Part shown: positions 13,776 to 27,249 of the stretch, piece by piece
How positions within the stretch are numbered: the first letter of the stretch is position 1
Layout of the letters: every line of letters starts with the position of its first letter
NCBI GenBank assembly: GCA_024137785.1
Contig: JAHRHZ010000274.1
Location: 20,386,086 to 20,450,085 of the forward strand
Source: Ginglymostoma cirratum
Taxonomy: Eukaryota
Direction of reading: 5' to 3'
DNA: 64,000 bases
Translations under genes and position numbers: made by a program
The notes under the pieces: model-generated
The model's database searches: none
Seen by the model: the letters and a program-made list of their open reading frames with translations, nothing else
Told to the model about the DNA's origin: nothing

Positions 13776-15818
13776 TGTATTGAAGGTACATACCTCACCT
13801 GCTTAAGTGTCTAATTTGTTCCTGATAAGCAAGTGTAGTTCCCTCAAATTTATAGGTTGCTAAGCTTAACATTTACTACCCTTAAATGTCAGAGACCAAA
13901 GGGTACTTTAATGATGACTTCTCCAAATAAAGTGTATACTTTTGTTGCAAGATCTTAGTTTTCTGAAGAACAAGAATCATGAAGAAATAAAAATACCTAA
14001 CAAACTATGAAAAGGGTAGGCCGTTATACTTCAATAAATATTGATATATGTGTTCATATATATGTTTCATAATAGGCAAGACCCTATGTTCTGTGTAAAT
14101 ATGAAAGAAGTTGCAATCCAACCTAGTTGTTCTCACAATTCTTGTGCCCTAGCATTCATCAAGATTCTGGTTGTATTTAAGCTTCTATTTTAAAAAAGAG
14201 AACCTAAGATATAATTAATTGTACAATTCCTATAATATATATCCCTAAGGGCCAAGATACTGGCCAATAGCCATGACTAATAACTCCCATACACCCTTCA
14301 CTCAAATCTGCGCCAAAGAAAATGCCATGTGAACTGTTTTTAAAGCAATAATTCATCTAAGCACTAGAATTGCCTTGTTTTCGAATATTCAGCCTGACAA
14401 ATGCTACCATTTTTCAAATAAAAATGAAATATTTGTCAAAGAAACCATGACTTTGTTCGTATATAATGAAAATACCTGTATAATGTATGCAGCCTCCAGC
14501 CAATTTACTTGACTTTAAAGCCAATTTGACTGTAGACCAATAATAATTAAAGATGTACATTATTTGTGTCTTAGTGCTTTTTCATAAAAAAAAATCATAA
14601 ATTACTGCGCTTTTAGTTTAAATTCACTTTAAAGTCTGGAGCTAATTTCACATAATGTCTTCCATTTGACAGAACCATTTAGATTTGAAATGGTGGTTTT
14701 AGCTAATCTGTGTTTAGCTCATCTCAGCACTACTTTTCCCTAATGAAAAAGAAATGAAAGATTGCTACTCCTATTTTTGCATTGTACACAATTACTCATT
14801 TCTGCCAGTATCCATTTAATAAGAGCTTGGGCACTTTACGCCATGTTTTTAATATACATTTGTTACAATGGGCTCCATACAATTTTGTCCTTTAATTGAG
14901 ATCATATTGCTGAAACATGTATGGGAAAGTCAGCTTATTTTTACATCTGGGATCCATTTGCATAGCATTTTGTCCTCACCACCCACACAGCACATTGTAA
15001 ATTATAGCACTGAGTTTATAAGTTTATTCCTGCTGCACAGCCAGCATTAGATTGCCATTTACTTTGATAGGAGGGGAAAGAGTATATGCAATCAGCATTG
15101 ACTACATGACAATACCAGTCATATAGAACAGGAAAACTGCTACAGTGTTATCAATTAGTAAGCTACTACCTTGATTGGCATGTTCAGACTTTTTATGTGA
15201 TCCACTGAGTATGGAATACCCTTCATATCTTTCAAAATATCGATCTTCTTTCTGTCTTGTTATAGCTGCAAACACAGTTTTCAATAAGTGTTCTGAACTG
15301 TATTTTTGTTTATAAATAAGAATATTGTTACACCTCTTAATTTTCAGATATCTTGATTATAATGAAAAAATATTTGATGAAACATCCAAATCATGTTTCA
15401 AACATTGGACATCATGTCAGTGGACAGCAACAAACTAACTCCGAGTGGTAAGAAGCATGTACACCCTTGTGAATTTTTAGTGTGCGCCACTGTTGGTTAT
15501 AGGTTCAGCCCATGAGTTAGCATCATGCCTGGTTTTACTGTGTGACCTGGCAAAAAACTCTTATGGAACGTGAAGAAATCCAGCTCCAACCTTGTGTCAA
15601 TGTTTTGCATAGATCATGTGAGACAATTCTACCTGTCATGGACTGAGTGGCTACCTCCATCAACATGGGTAGTGGCAGCCATTATACTGGATGGTGTGAT
15701 GATGACTCTAAAGGCTTTCATGGCGGCAGGTCATTCAGATGGCTGACAATTTGGCTGCTGGGGCTATGTACCCTTGAAAAAGAGAGAGCGAGGTGCTGCT
15801 GGGGAAGCATAAGGAAAA

Positions 15819-16217
15819 CTGAAAGAACCGCAGACGCTGTAAATAAGGAACAAAAACAGAATATGCTGGAAAAGCTCACCAGGTCTGGCAGCATCTGTGA
15901 AGAAAAAATCAGAGTCAACGTTTCTCTGGTTCCTCTGGCTCTTCCCTGGTCTTTGAATGACTACAGCCCCATTTCTTGAAAGGGAGAATAATTTCCCAAC
16001 ACTTGGAGATAATACAACAATTTTTTCCTTATGCTCAAAAACAGAAGTTGCTGGAAAAGCTCACCAGGTCTGGCAGCATCTGTGAAGAAAAAAATCAGAG
16101 TTAACATTTCAGGTCCGGTGACTGAGGAAGAGTCACCGGACCTGAAACGTTGACTCTGAATTTTTCTTCACAGATGCTGCCAGACCTGGTGAGCTTTTCC
16201 AGCAACTTCTGTTTTTG
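15819..16217. mobile_element. Composite family-B pseudo-LTR insertion containing an inverted copy of its own right flank
   Basis: Three pseudo-LTR arms and a 13-bp TSD, AGCATAAGGAAAA (15806-15818 and 16218-16230). Segment 15931-16035 is the reverse complement of 16218-16322. Confidence 0.85.
16122..16156 (+). ncRNA. Hammerhead ribozyme motif, family B, with the 5' strand of stem I lost at the inversion junction
   Basis: CTGAGGA A GAGTC ACCG GACCT GAAA C GTT GACTC. Confidence 0.5.
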
Positions 16218-16334
16218 AGCATAAGGAAAAAATTGTTGTATTATCCCCAAGTGTTGGGAAATTATTCTCCCTTTCAAGAAATGGGGCTGTAGTCATTCAA
16301 AGACCAGGGAAGAGCCAGAGGACCTCTAAATATT

Positions 16335-16485
16335 AGAAAAAAAAAGGACTGCGGATGTTGGAAATCTGAAACAAAAACAAAAATTGCTGGAAGATCTCAG
16401 CAGGTCTGGCAGGATCTATGGACAGACATCAGGTTTAGCATTTTGGGTCCAGTGACCCTTCCTCAGACAATTTCTGTTTTTGTTA
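16335..16485 (-). mobile_element. Degenerate family-B pseudo-LTR fragment
   Basis: Contains GCTGGAAGATCTCAGCAGGTCTGGCAG and GGGTCCAGTGACCCTTCCTCAG, shared with the other copies. Confidence 0.75.
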
Positions 16486-16713
16486 TGTAATCATTAGAAG
16501 TCAGTTTGTTACAATTCAAAAGATTGAAGCAAGTTTGGAAAGGGCACTGGAAGACTCACCTCACTGTGGCAAAGAGAAGGGACTCCACTTTAAAAGTTGG
16601 ATGGGGATTTAGACTTTATCTAAATGGTCACAAATAAAGTATAGTATAATGTATAACATCATCAGATTGGGATTTTGCTTGTGTTAATCAGTTAATGAAG
16701 AAAGCACCAAAGT

Positions 16714-16929
16714 TGTATTCATATTTTAAGAGTTAGATATACTAATAAGACAAGACCAGGATGAAACCATATGCCCAACTGCCATGTGCAGTCCAGCAGA
16801 AGCATGATAGAGTCTGGATAAATACATAGCTGTCTGTAAGTGCAAGCTGTACTCAGAACTGTTAGGTAATAGAGAGGCGAGGCCAAAGACTCATATGGTG
16901 TGGACATGTGTTCAAAGCCTATCACAACA
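16714..16929 (+). repeat. LTR-like repeat (TG...CA), second copy at ~21365-21510
   Basis: Shared blocks TTTTAAGAGTT.GAT.T.CTAA and TGCCATGTGCA.TCC.GCAGAAGCA.G.TAGAGTC. Confidence 0.55.
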
Positions 16930-18165
16930 AATGGTGAAATTTGAATTCATTTAATAAATCTGGAACTAAAACCTAATTTAGTGGCAACCTCAAACTATTG
17001 TTGAATTGAATTATTGAATTGAATTAGCTTTATTGTCACATGTACTCAAATATGTGCAGCGAAAAGTTTACAAGTTGCCTCTTAAAACGCCATCTTCGGT
17101 ACAGGTACTTAGGTACTGACTTTTCAATGCAAGTTTTTCGGAAAGAAAATTAGAAAAATAAAGAAAAAGAGAAGTCCAGCATTACAGATCATAGGAATAA
17201 ATTAAAAAATAGAGAAATAACATTAAAAATGCATTGGTGCACTAATATTCTACAAGAAAGGAAAATCTGCCCTCTGAAATGGCCTAGCAAGCCATTCGGC
17301 TGTATCTAACTGCAACAAAGTTTGATAAAAGAAATGAAACCAGATAGACCATCTGGCAGTGATCAGGGCACCAAAGTCAACAAGGGCAAACCCAGCCTAG
17401 TCGACCTACAAAAGTCCTCCTTTCTAACATCTGGGGCCTTGTGGAGAAATTGGAAGACCTGTCTTGCTCACTAGTAAAGCAACAGCCGGACATAGTCATT
17501 CTCACTGAATCATATCTTACAGGCCATGTCCCAGATATCACCATCACCATCACCGTACATTGGTATGCCCTATTCCATTCAGGACAGTACAGGTGAAAGT
17601 ACAGTGGTATACAGCTGGGAGGGAGTGACTCTGGGAATCCTCAAAATTGGATCTGGACCAATGAATTCTCATGGTATCAGGTCAAATGTGAGCAAGGAAA
17701 CCGCTTGCTGATTATAACCTCCCCACTTAATGCACCAGTACTCAGGTGGGACTTCAAAGACCAGTACCAAGAATATCTCAATAGCATCATAACCAACTGA
17801 GCTGGCTGAGTCCTAAAGGGTACAGCTGCTAGAGACGGCATGCGGAGGTGTTGAGAGAATCAACAAAAGGGAGGAATATACTTGACCTAGTGATCAAGAA
17901 TTGACTGTAGCAAATGTATCTGTCCATGACAGTATCAATAAGAGTGATCACTGCACAATCCTTGTGGAGATGAAATTCTTCCTTCTCACTGAGGATATTT
18001 TCCAACTTGTTGCATGGAATGAATACTTTGTTGAATGGATAGATTTCAAAAAATCAAACAACTCAAGACTGGGTATTCGTGAGGCACCATAGGCCATTAG
18101 CAGAAGCAGAATTATACTCACCCACAATCTGTAACCTCATGGCCCAGTATCTCCCCCAGTCAACC
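16930..18165 (+). mobile_element. Decayed 5' part (APE endonuclease region) of a CR1/L2-like LINE
   Basis: Broken motifs NIWGL, KQQPDIVILTESYL, GDF, ILDLV and SDHCTILVE. Confidence 0.65.
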
Positions 18166-19624
18166 AATAATACTATAAAGAGGGTAGAAATGTTGCTGTA
18201 AGGCACTGTGCTACATCAATGTCACACCTACAGTATGTACCGGCAGCTTACACGGCAAATGTTCCTCATGTGCTTCAGCCAAATGGCCATGTCTCAATGT
18301 TGGGGAATCAGCAGCAGTCAGGGAGTTCTCTCACAGTCAGTCAAGGGTAGAATCCAATCTCAGTCCAGCAGCTTGGACACAGTCAGTTGGCTACTTGAGG
18401 TAGTCTGGCTCAAGTGTTCTGTATCACCACAGTCTGCTCCACAGTGAGTCCTACAGGGCCAGAGCAACCAGGCATGGAGCTGCATGGAGATCTGTCAGGG
18501 GCCTGGTCATTCATCAATCAGGGCTGTCTGTCCAAGACAGTCAGAGGGCTGGAGTTCTACTCAATTAAAGTCAATGGGGACTATTAAGATCCTGCTGTGG
18601 TAGGGAACCTGGGTAAGCCATTTGTGGAGCTTAGAGGCAGCATGCTGGACTGAAGAGGTGACAATAATTGGGAAGGGGGAAACTGAACATATAAAGGATG
18701 GGAGATGACAGTGCATTGGAGGACTGGATTAGTGCATGAGGAATGTGTCCAACCATCTTTTGAAAGTGCCACAGTGTAGCTCAATGATTGATTTAACTAA
18801 GCTGTAGATACAGGGCTCAGGGGGTAATATTGGTAGTTGAAGGCTTAAATAAAATCATTATGTGGGAGAGTGTAGAAGCTCAGCACTGATGGGATTGAGA
18901 GTGAGTGAAAGGAAAGAAGGAACATAGAGGTTTGAGGGAGTATTATGGTGTGGGTTGAGTGCGGGGATCTGTGATTACCAGGCTGAGCCTGCAAGTGAGG
19001 TGCAACCATCCTCATCTGAATCGTAAATGTGCAGTGAAGGTGGAAAGTGGCTGCAACTATAGTTGGAGTGAGTGGATTAAGTGTTTTTCAGTCTGAACAC
19101 ACTGTTCCTCTTTATGAATGATGTGAGGTTCTTCACTAGGCAATTGTATTAATCAGGCACATCTACTGCACAGGTCGAAAGCATCTATAATCATGGTGCC
19201 CTGCGTGTGAAATGCATGCAATGTCCAACTGCGTGGGATAGAAATCCTCATCACAAACAGTCTTGACCATGTCATTGGTCATTACAAATTGATCACAGTT
19301 GTCTCTGTGAAGCAGAACTTATCAAAGGCAACCTTCCTTTGTGGCTGCTGTGGGCCACAATTCACAAAGATAATCCAAGGACTGATAGGGTGCATAACGG
19401 CATGAAGCTGAATTCCTCTCAACTTTTGCATATTTCCAAAAAGCTCTTATATGCAATGCTGCTTTTATGATGATGTGTGGTAGGGCAATATTTCATTAAT
19501 CCTAACATAATCGCAATCTCCATTGTATTTGCATTGCATGGCTTGGTTGCTTGCATCACTGTGTCAAAGGTCCATGGAAGGCATTTTGCAGCATGTAACT
19601 CATCTCCTGACTTCTCAAACGTTT

Positions 19625-20135
19625 CCACCACGAAATATTGGGAATCTGTTGGAATATGCTTAACACCTGGATGAGTGCAGTTGCAATAACATTGAAGAAG
19701 CTTGACAACATTCAGCACGTAGCTACCTACTTGATGGGCGCTCCATCTGAAGGGTTCAATATTCACTCCATTCACCCCTTATGCACATTGACAGCAGTGT
19801 GTACTGTCTGTAAAACACATTGTAATAACTCATCAAGGCTTCTTAGAAAGCACCTTCCAAACCTGCAACCTCCACCATCCAGAAGGATAAGATCAGACAA
19901 TATATGGGAACACCACAAACTGCAATTTCTCACTGAGCTATACATCATCCTGATTTGGAGTTTGCCTTCATTGTCACTTAGTCAAAATCCTTGCGCTGTC
20001 TTTCTAACTGCACTGTTGGTCGTTTTACACCACATAGACCTTAGCGGTTCAAGAAGGTGGTTCACTCGTACCTTCTCAAGGGCAGTTACTGTGGGCAGTG
20101 CTTAGCCAGTGCTGCACCAATCCCATGAATAAAGA
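19625..20135 (+). mobile_element. Decayed 3' end of a CR1/L2-like LINE
   Basis: WMSA..ITLKKLDNIQ motif and an ATCCCATGAATAAA tail. Homologous to 22430-22880. Confidence 0.65.
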
Positions 20136-20214
20136 AAGAGAGGATTTTGTGTTACTTACAAACAAAGAGCTAAGACATGATGATCAGCCCTGGGAACATT
20201 TCTTCAATATCATG

Positions 20215-21510
20215 GCAGTGACGCAAACTTGAAAACCACAGAGAAAGGTCTCAGCCAGGAACTAAGCTTGGGAAAAGTTACATTTACACTGGGATCTAGA
20301 AGAAAAATAATCAGAAGAGTAGGTGGTGAAAAAATGATTTTGTTGTACTTTCTGGTTCATCTATCAGTCAGAGTTTGTTCAAGCAGCAAATGGAGAGAAT
20401 TACAGAAAGTATTCATGATTTTGTGATGGCATTATGATGACCAAAGTTAAAGAACACAACCAAAGTCTGAACTTGTTGATGGTGGCAGCTTACCATGAAG
20501 GTCATGTCTTCAATAGCCCCAGAAGTCCCAAGAGAATGTAGATCCGGTCAAAATTTTTGGGTCCATCTAGTCAGGTTATGGGATCCATCCTGACTTAGGC
20601 AAAGATGAAGATATTTGATCAATTTCTACTCTGTAAAACAAAGAAGACCTGCACAGATGTCTTGTATCTTCTAATTTCTTAACATATTACCAGGTGGTGA
20701 ACCAATTGCATTTGGACCTGGCAGCAACTGCAGCCTAATTATTCCAAAATAGAACATGAAACACAATTAGGAAAACTGTACCAAACCATTTCTCAACATT
20801 TTCAGAGATACACGAAAAGATCTTTGAAAAATAATGGAGAATTGAGATGGTGCGTGATCAATAATAAAATGCAACCTGTCTAACCTGCAGTTAGGATAGG
20901 AAGTCAGAGTCATACATCCTCATAAAGGGAACATTGTTACTAATGAATGTGTCCAAAGTAGATGGTTAGCCTAGTTCTAATGAAGATACAACACTGAATG
21001 AAGCAACATTGTAGAGGAACAGAAGAAAACTTTGGGCACTGTACAACACCAAGTTACATGCCAAACACACAAATATAGGATCAGATCATGAAGATGTTAA
21101 AGACTATGGGGACAATAATCAATACTAAACAAAAACCCGCGAGACTCCATCATACCAACAGGTCAAGAATGCCCAAACATGAAGTCTGAATCTCCAGGTT
21201 ACAGCATCACAAGATCTGGAAGAATTGTGAAAAGACCTGTATGTTATACAGGCTCTTAGAGACTCTACTCTTAATGTTTTCAGTTCTTATTTCTCTGTAC
21301 ATATTTTTTGTCAGTGTGGGTATTTTTATCTTGGAAAAATAGTGAATGTAATTGCTTTAAAAGATGTGTTGTTTTAAGAGTTGGATTTGCTAACGAACCA
21401 AGAAACCACCTGACTAATTGCCATGTGCACTCCCGCAGAAGCAAGCTAGAGTCCAGATACATAGTTATCTGCAACTGCAAATTGTAGTCTGAGCTGTTAA
21501 ATAAACCTCT
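20215..21510 (+). mobile_element. Decayed Gypsy-type LTR retrotransposon remnant (integrase C-terminal region plus LTR-like segment)
   Basis: RNRRKL (~21015-21032) and ITRSGRIVKRPVCY (21206-21247) are followed by a TG-starting segment at 21365 that is homologous to 16714-16929. Confidence 0.5.
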
Positions 21511-22429
21511 GGATGAGATTTTCAAGTAATCTGCATCCACCCAGCTGCATGTCTGCCACCAAGTTATATTGGCACAGACTAAAACCTAGTCCACATGATT
21601 CCAATTCAACAGTAAAAGGATATATTGTGATAGATATGGGTCTGTTTCAGGTTTTGACCAACATAAAAATTTGAATTTCTTGAATGGACACGCGAGCACT
21701 TCTTTCACAAATGGGCACTGATCGGAACAGGGTAAAGAATTTTACCTGAGAGTTGTATCATTGCAGCAGAATTTTAAACATAACCCTGATCCTATCATCT
21801 GCTGGATTTCTTTTCACTCTGAGTCCTAAAATACCAAACGGTTCTACCAACTCATGAGATCGCTGACATTACTGAGAAAAGCATGGCATGTGTCTTTTTA
21901 AAAAGTATAATATGCCTTGCTGTTTGAGGGTGTTCTGATTATGGGCCCATTCCTTAAATTTTTGAGATTTCCAAAAAGCCAAGAGAGATCAAACCTACTG
22001 TGTTCAGGTTTCATCCTGAATTTTGCATTACCTTTATTAACTCAAGGATTTTTATTTATTATCAAATCATTTAAAATATTCATCTCAAACAGAAAAGAAA
22101 ATATAAGAGTTTAGGACTGCATAATTGCTGCCCTGTTTAATATTTTATCAAGTTATAATGGTTATTACAGACTGGGAGATCATACCTATTGTAGGTGCTA
22201 TTTCCTGAATTAGTCCTCAGAGAGAAAATTATTCTCAAGGAACTTTCTCTATACATAAAGGGAAATGCATATCTGACTTATTGGTTTCTTACCATTGTTT
22301 TTCATTATCATCAATGAACTGGAAAACCCATTAGCATCGGAATAGAGTGGAGTTTTGAAATTCTACAGAGTTATTAACAGTAGCTAATGGGCACCCACAT
22401 CACTATCAATTAAGGTACTGTGTCCATTA

Positions 22430-22880
22430 GATGGAGGGGAATATTGCCTGTTTGAATACAATTTCAACAATATTCAAGAAGGTTGACATTATCCAGGCCA
22501 CCTGATGTCCACCACCCTCAACAATCATCCCTTCATCACCAATGCATGGTGGCAGCAGTGTGTACTATTTACAAGTTGCACTTCAGTAACTCACCAATGC
22601 TTCTCTGAAGCCGCCTTCCAAACCTGCAACCATCTACCTTGTACACCATTAGAAGGACAAGGGAGGCAGATACATGAGAACACCACTAGTTGCAAGGTCA
22701 CTTCCAAGCCTCATACCAATCTGATTTGGAATTATATTGTTGTTCCTTCTCTGCCGCTGGTTCAAAATCCTGGAACTCCCTTACTAATGGCACTGTGGTG
22801 TACCTAGATCTCAAGGATTGAAGCAATCCAGGTAGGTAGCTCACAGCCATTTTTTCAAATGCACTAAGGGACGGGAATTA
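22430..22880 (+). mobile_element. Decayed 3' end of the same CR1/L2-like LINE family
   Basis: Shares CAAGAAG.TTGACA..AT.CAG, CAGCAGTGTGTACT and CCTTCCAAACCTGCAACC with 19625-20135. Confidence 0.65.
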
Positions 22881-23280
22881 ACAAATTTAAAAAAATGTAG
22901 GAATGTAAAGCAATGGACAGATATTTGAGGCAGACTCACATGATCCAACAAAAAGTTATACAGATGGTGTAAGAGGAATTCTTCTCAGGAGGATGTTTAC
23001 AATCTAGCCAAAGATTTGTTAAGCATGACAGTCAAAGAACTTTGAAATCAACCAGAAACAATCATGTGGGTCCCCCTTCTTGTGGCTGACAAAATGTTGT
23101 GATAATCAGAGGTATAACTAAGTTAGATTCAATTGGGCATATATATACAGATGAAGCAAAATTTTCAACCTTCTCATTGTTAATTGTTTCCCGGTTTAAT
23201 TTCTTATTTATTTCTAAATATATTACCTCAACATAATAAAACACAGGAACATGAATTGACAACTTCAATTTTTATTCTCA

Positions 23281-25128
23281 AACAAAAACAGAAATGGCTG
23301 TAAAAGCTCAGCAGGTCCAGCAGCATCTGTGGAGAGAAATCAGAGTTAATGCTTTGGGTCCAGTGACCCTTCTTCAGAACTGATTGTAGGTAGGAAAAAG
23401 TATTTTTATGCAGAAGATAGGGTGGGGGGAGGGGGTGGAGAGTAAATGATAGGTGGAGATGGAGCCCACAGAGAGAGAAGAGCAGGTGGACAGACAAAGA
23501 AGTTGGTAATGGTCAGATTAGGGCAATAAGTTGCTGCTAATTGGGACTGTTAGTGGCTAACAATGGGTTGTGTGTAATAGCAGACCATGTGATAACAAGG
23601 AACAAAACAAAGTTACTGGAAAAGCTCAGCAGGTCTGGCAGCATCTGTGAGGGAAAAAACTGGGGAAGTTCTGAGGAAAAGTCACTGGACCTGAAACATT
23701 AACTCTGTTTTTTCTTCACAGATGCTGCCAGGCCTGCTGAGCTTTTCCAGCAACTTTGTTTTGTTCCTGATTTACAGCATCCGCAGTTCTTTCGGTTTTT
23801 ATGTGATAACAAGGCCTGGTGTGTGGGGGTTAGGGCAAGGACATGGGAGAAGGTGCCTCAAGTCCTAAAATTGTTGAACTCAATACTAAGCCCAGAAGGC
23901 TGCGGAGTTCCCAAGGGAGAATGAGGTGCTGTTCTTCCAGCTTGTGCTGAACTTTGCTGGAGAACTGCAGCAAGCCTGAGACAGAGATGTCGGCCAGGGA
24001 ACAAGGTGGTGTGTTGAAGTGGCAGGCTATTGAAGGCTCAAAGTCTTTTTTGCAGACAAAACATAAGTGTTCTGCAAAGCAGTCACCCAGTCAATGTTTC
24101 GTTTCCTCAACATAGAGGAGACTACACTGTGAGCAGTGACTATAGTAGACTAGACTGAGTGGTGCAGGTAAAGCGGTGCTTCAGCAGGTGTGCTTGAGCC
24201 CTTGGACACTGCTTTCTGCCACCTCCAGTAGGAATCCACCAACAGAATCATATCCCCCTTCCCTCCCATCCCTGTAAGTCTTTCACAAGGACTGTTCCCT
24301 CAAGGATGCCCTAGTTCATTCCTCCTTCACTTCCAACAAACCCCCACAGCCCCACAGTACTTTCCCCTGCAACCACAGACGCTATAACACCTGCCTGTTT
24401 ACTTCCTCCCTCCTCAGTATCTGAGGGCCCAAACGCAATTTCCAGGTAAAGTAACATTCGTTGCTCATCATGTGGTCTCCTCGACATTGGGGAAACGTAA
24501 CATAGACTGGGTGACTGCTTCAGAGAACACCTATACTCTGTCCACAAAAAAAGACCCTGAGACTCCAGTTGCCTGCCACTTCAACACAGTACCTTGTTCC
24601 CTGGCCAACATCTCTGTCTCAGGCTTGCTGCAGTTCTGCAGCGAAGATCAGCATAAGCTGGAAGAACAGCACCTCATTTTCTGCTTGGGAATTCTGCAGC
24701 TTTCTGGACTTCATAACGAGTTTAACAATTTTAGGGCTTGAGGCACCTTTTCCCTATCATTACCCCCAACCCCATAGCCAGGCCTTGATATCACGTGGTC
24801 TGCTATTACACACTACCCATTGTCAGCCATTAACAGTTCCCATTTGTAGCAATACATTCTCCTAGTCTGACCATTACTCACTCCTTTGTCTGTCCAACTA
24901 TTCTTTTCTCTCTGTGAGCTCTATTTCTACCGATTGTTTACTCCCTACCCTATCTTCTGCATAAAAACCAACTCTTTCCTGGCTACCATCAGTTCTGAAG
25001 AAGGGTCACTGGACCCGAAGGATTTAGCCCTGATTTCTCCCCACAGATGCTGCCAGATCTGCTGAGCTTTTCCAGCAACTTTTGTTTTCATTTCTGATTC
25101 CCAGCATCTGCAGTTCTTCTGGATTTTT
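23281..25128. mobile_element. Older Penelope-like element, family B, made of two inverted 3' halves (degenerate GIY-YIG plus pseudo-LTR)
   Basis: The right half (+, ~24211-25128) encodes PVACHFN...GLLQ...KLEEQHLIFCLGILQLSGLHNEF. The left half (23281-~24210) is its diverged reverse complement. A possible degenerate TSD is TTCAATTTTTATTCTCA / TTCAGTTTTTGCTCA. Confidence 0.85.
23601..23800. mobile_element. 200-bp palindromic pseudo-LTR mini-element (family B) nested in the larger Penelope-like element
   Basis: Inverted arms and an exact 14-bp TSD, ATGTGATAACAAGG (23587-23600 and 23801-23814). Confidence 0.88.
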
Positions 25129-26427
25129 ATTCAGTTTTTGCTCATTTATATTGAATCCATTTGCCCCTCATAATGAATCTGATTCAAGTTAAAACTTTAG
25201 CTGATAGGCTAATGGTTACATTTGGTTGCATGCCTGGCTCATAAGACCTCTCGAACATAAACACCTGCTAGGTTTCTTCTAATTCTTTCCTTCATTTTCA
25301 TAATGCAGGTGCTGAACAAGCTAACACCTCTACTGAAACAGCAGGGGACAAAATTTTCACATTTGTATATTAAGTGTTCATTCACTAGTATCATGCATCT
25401 CAATTTCATCGCTTAAATGTTGCAAATTCCTGTTGAAATAAAAGTGGCGTTACAAGTTGATATACGTGACTTTACGTAATTTAATAATAATCGTGAACCA
25501 TATAAAATAACTAACAGAGGCAAAAGGATTTTTAAAACAATATCTGCCCTCTATATTTCTTATGAAATTGATCACCAACAGTGGTTCAACATGTTGGGTT
25601 CTTGGTAAATATTGTACATCATTTCATCAGATAACTCTCCAGATTAGACAGAAACTTTCACGGAGATCCTAGCATTGAGGATTTCTAAGAGTAATTCCTT
25701 CAGGATGTGCTACAGTGGGGATTCTGCAGGGTCCCCATGTGCAACATTTACATTTGCCAATATAATGACTCTCTGGCCAGTGGAAAATCTGCTCCACCAT
25801 GTCTTGTGCCAAAAGCACACTTAATCTCATTTATTTTGCATATAGAAATATGTGAATAAATCTTTGGCTGAAAGCTTTCAAGCTGACAGATTTTTATTCT
25901 GTTGTGCAATAAGATTACTTGCCCTGAGCAGATATTTTACTGAAAAAAAATTCGAAATCATTACTTTCCAAAGGTCTGTACACAGTAAGAGGTTTATGGA
26001 GAGAACACAGTAGAACATGAAATCAAGTGGACAATTGCATATGTAATTTGATGTGAAATTGCTTTCAGTATGTGAGAGAATAATATACTTGCTTTACCAA
26101 CATCATTTTACTCAGCCATATGTATTCATATTAAAGGCAATCTTAATTTAATTTTAATAGTAGATACACAGATAAAGCCTTTTCTAAGTATTCTAAAGGA
26201 TACGTTGTTTCAGTGCAGAGGGAGCTTGATCTCTTTCTGTCTGCAATGTGTTCTAACTAAAATGATGTGGCAAATTTTAACTCTTTCCAGAGGTAGCTTC
26301 CATCTTAAAAAACAGTTCTTTAGAACTGAAACTCAAAATTAGGACGTAGTGAATTATATGTCAAATTACAATGATTATTTCTGGGTAGAACAAAGATTTA
26401 TGAAAATAGAATGGCAAGGCTGACACT

Positions 26428-26822
26428 GTTTTCCTTCGAAAAGACAAGGTTGAGAGGAAGTTTGACTGAGGTGTTCCAAATAGTTAGGTCTCTAGAGTGA
26501 GCAGAGGGGGTAAATGTTCTCATTGGAGCGAATGAGAGGGCATCCGTTTAAGGTAATTGGCAGAAGAAGCAATGATGAGAACAAACTTTTTTTTGCATTT
26601 AGCGGTTAATGATTGAATGCACTGTCTGGTAGTGTGACAGAGGCAAATTCCATAGTGTCTTTCAAAAGGGAATTTGATAATTATCGAAAGAGAAAACAAA
26701 TTACAGGGCTATATGGAAAGAACATGGGAGTGAAACTTTCTGAGTTGTGCTGACAGAGAGCCAGCATGGAGATGATGAGCCAAATTGCTGCCTCTTGTGT
26801 TGTGACCACTATATGATTCTAT
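26428..26822 (+). mobile_element. Old CR1 3' fragment
   Basis: Degenerate FS.EK.RLRG.L.EVF.I coding motif and a CTATATGATTCTAT tail. Confidence 0.7.
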
Positions 26823-27249
26823 AACGCGAGCTCAATAACTGATTGAACTGGCAATATGAGAAAGGTGAATGTGAATTGAGGAGAGTCTAAGAAGTTTTTC
26901 CATGCTTCAATTCTGGGACTCCAGGAGCTACTGAAGAAGCATTTCCTTGTTGTCACTGTCAACAACAAAAACATTTCACATTTTTATAGCACTTTTCACA
27001 TGTGGATAAATATCTCCAAGTGCTTTATAGGATAATGGAAGTCTGGTCGGTGCAGGGCAGGAGCAATAAAAATATTTAGAGTGTACACCAATAGTATTTC
27101 CAACTGAGGCCAAGTTACCATGCTCAAATATGTTTTGACGTTTTTAATATTTAAAACTTTAATGATCCATAAATCAGGATATTCAAATTAGATCTGCATC
27201 ACATTATTACATTTGACTCTGCCTCAGCAGCCCCAGATGCACCTGCAGA

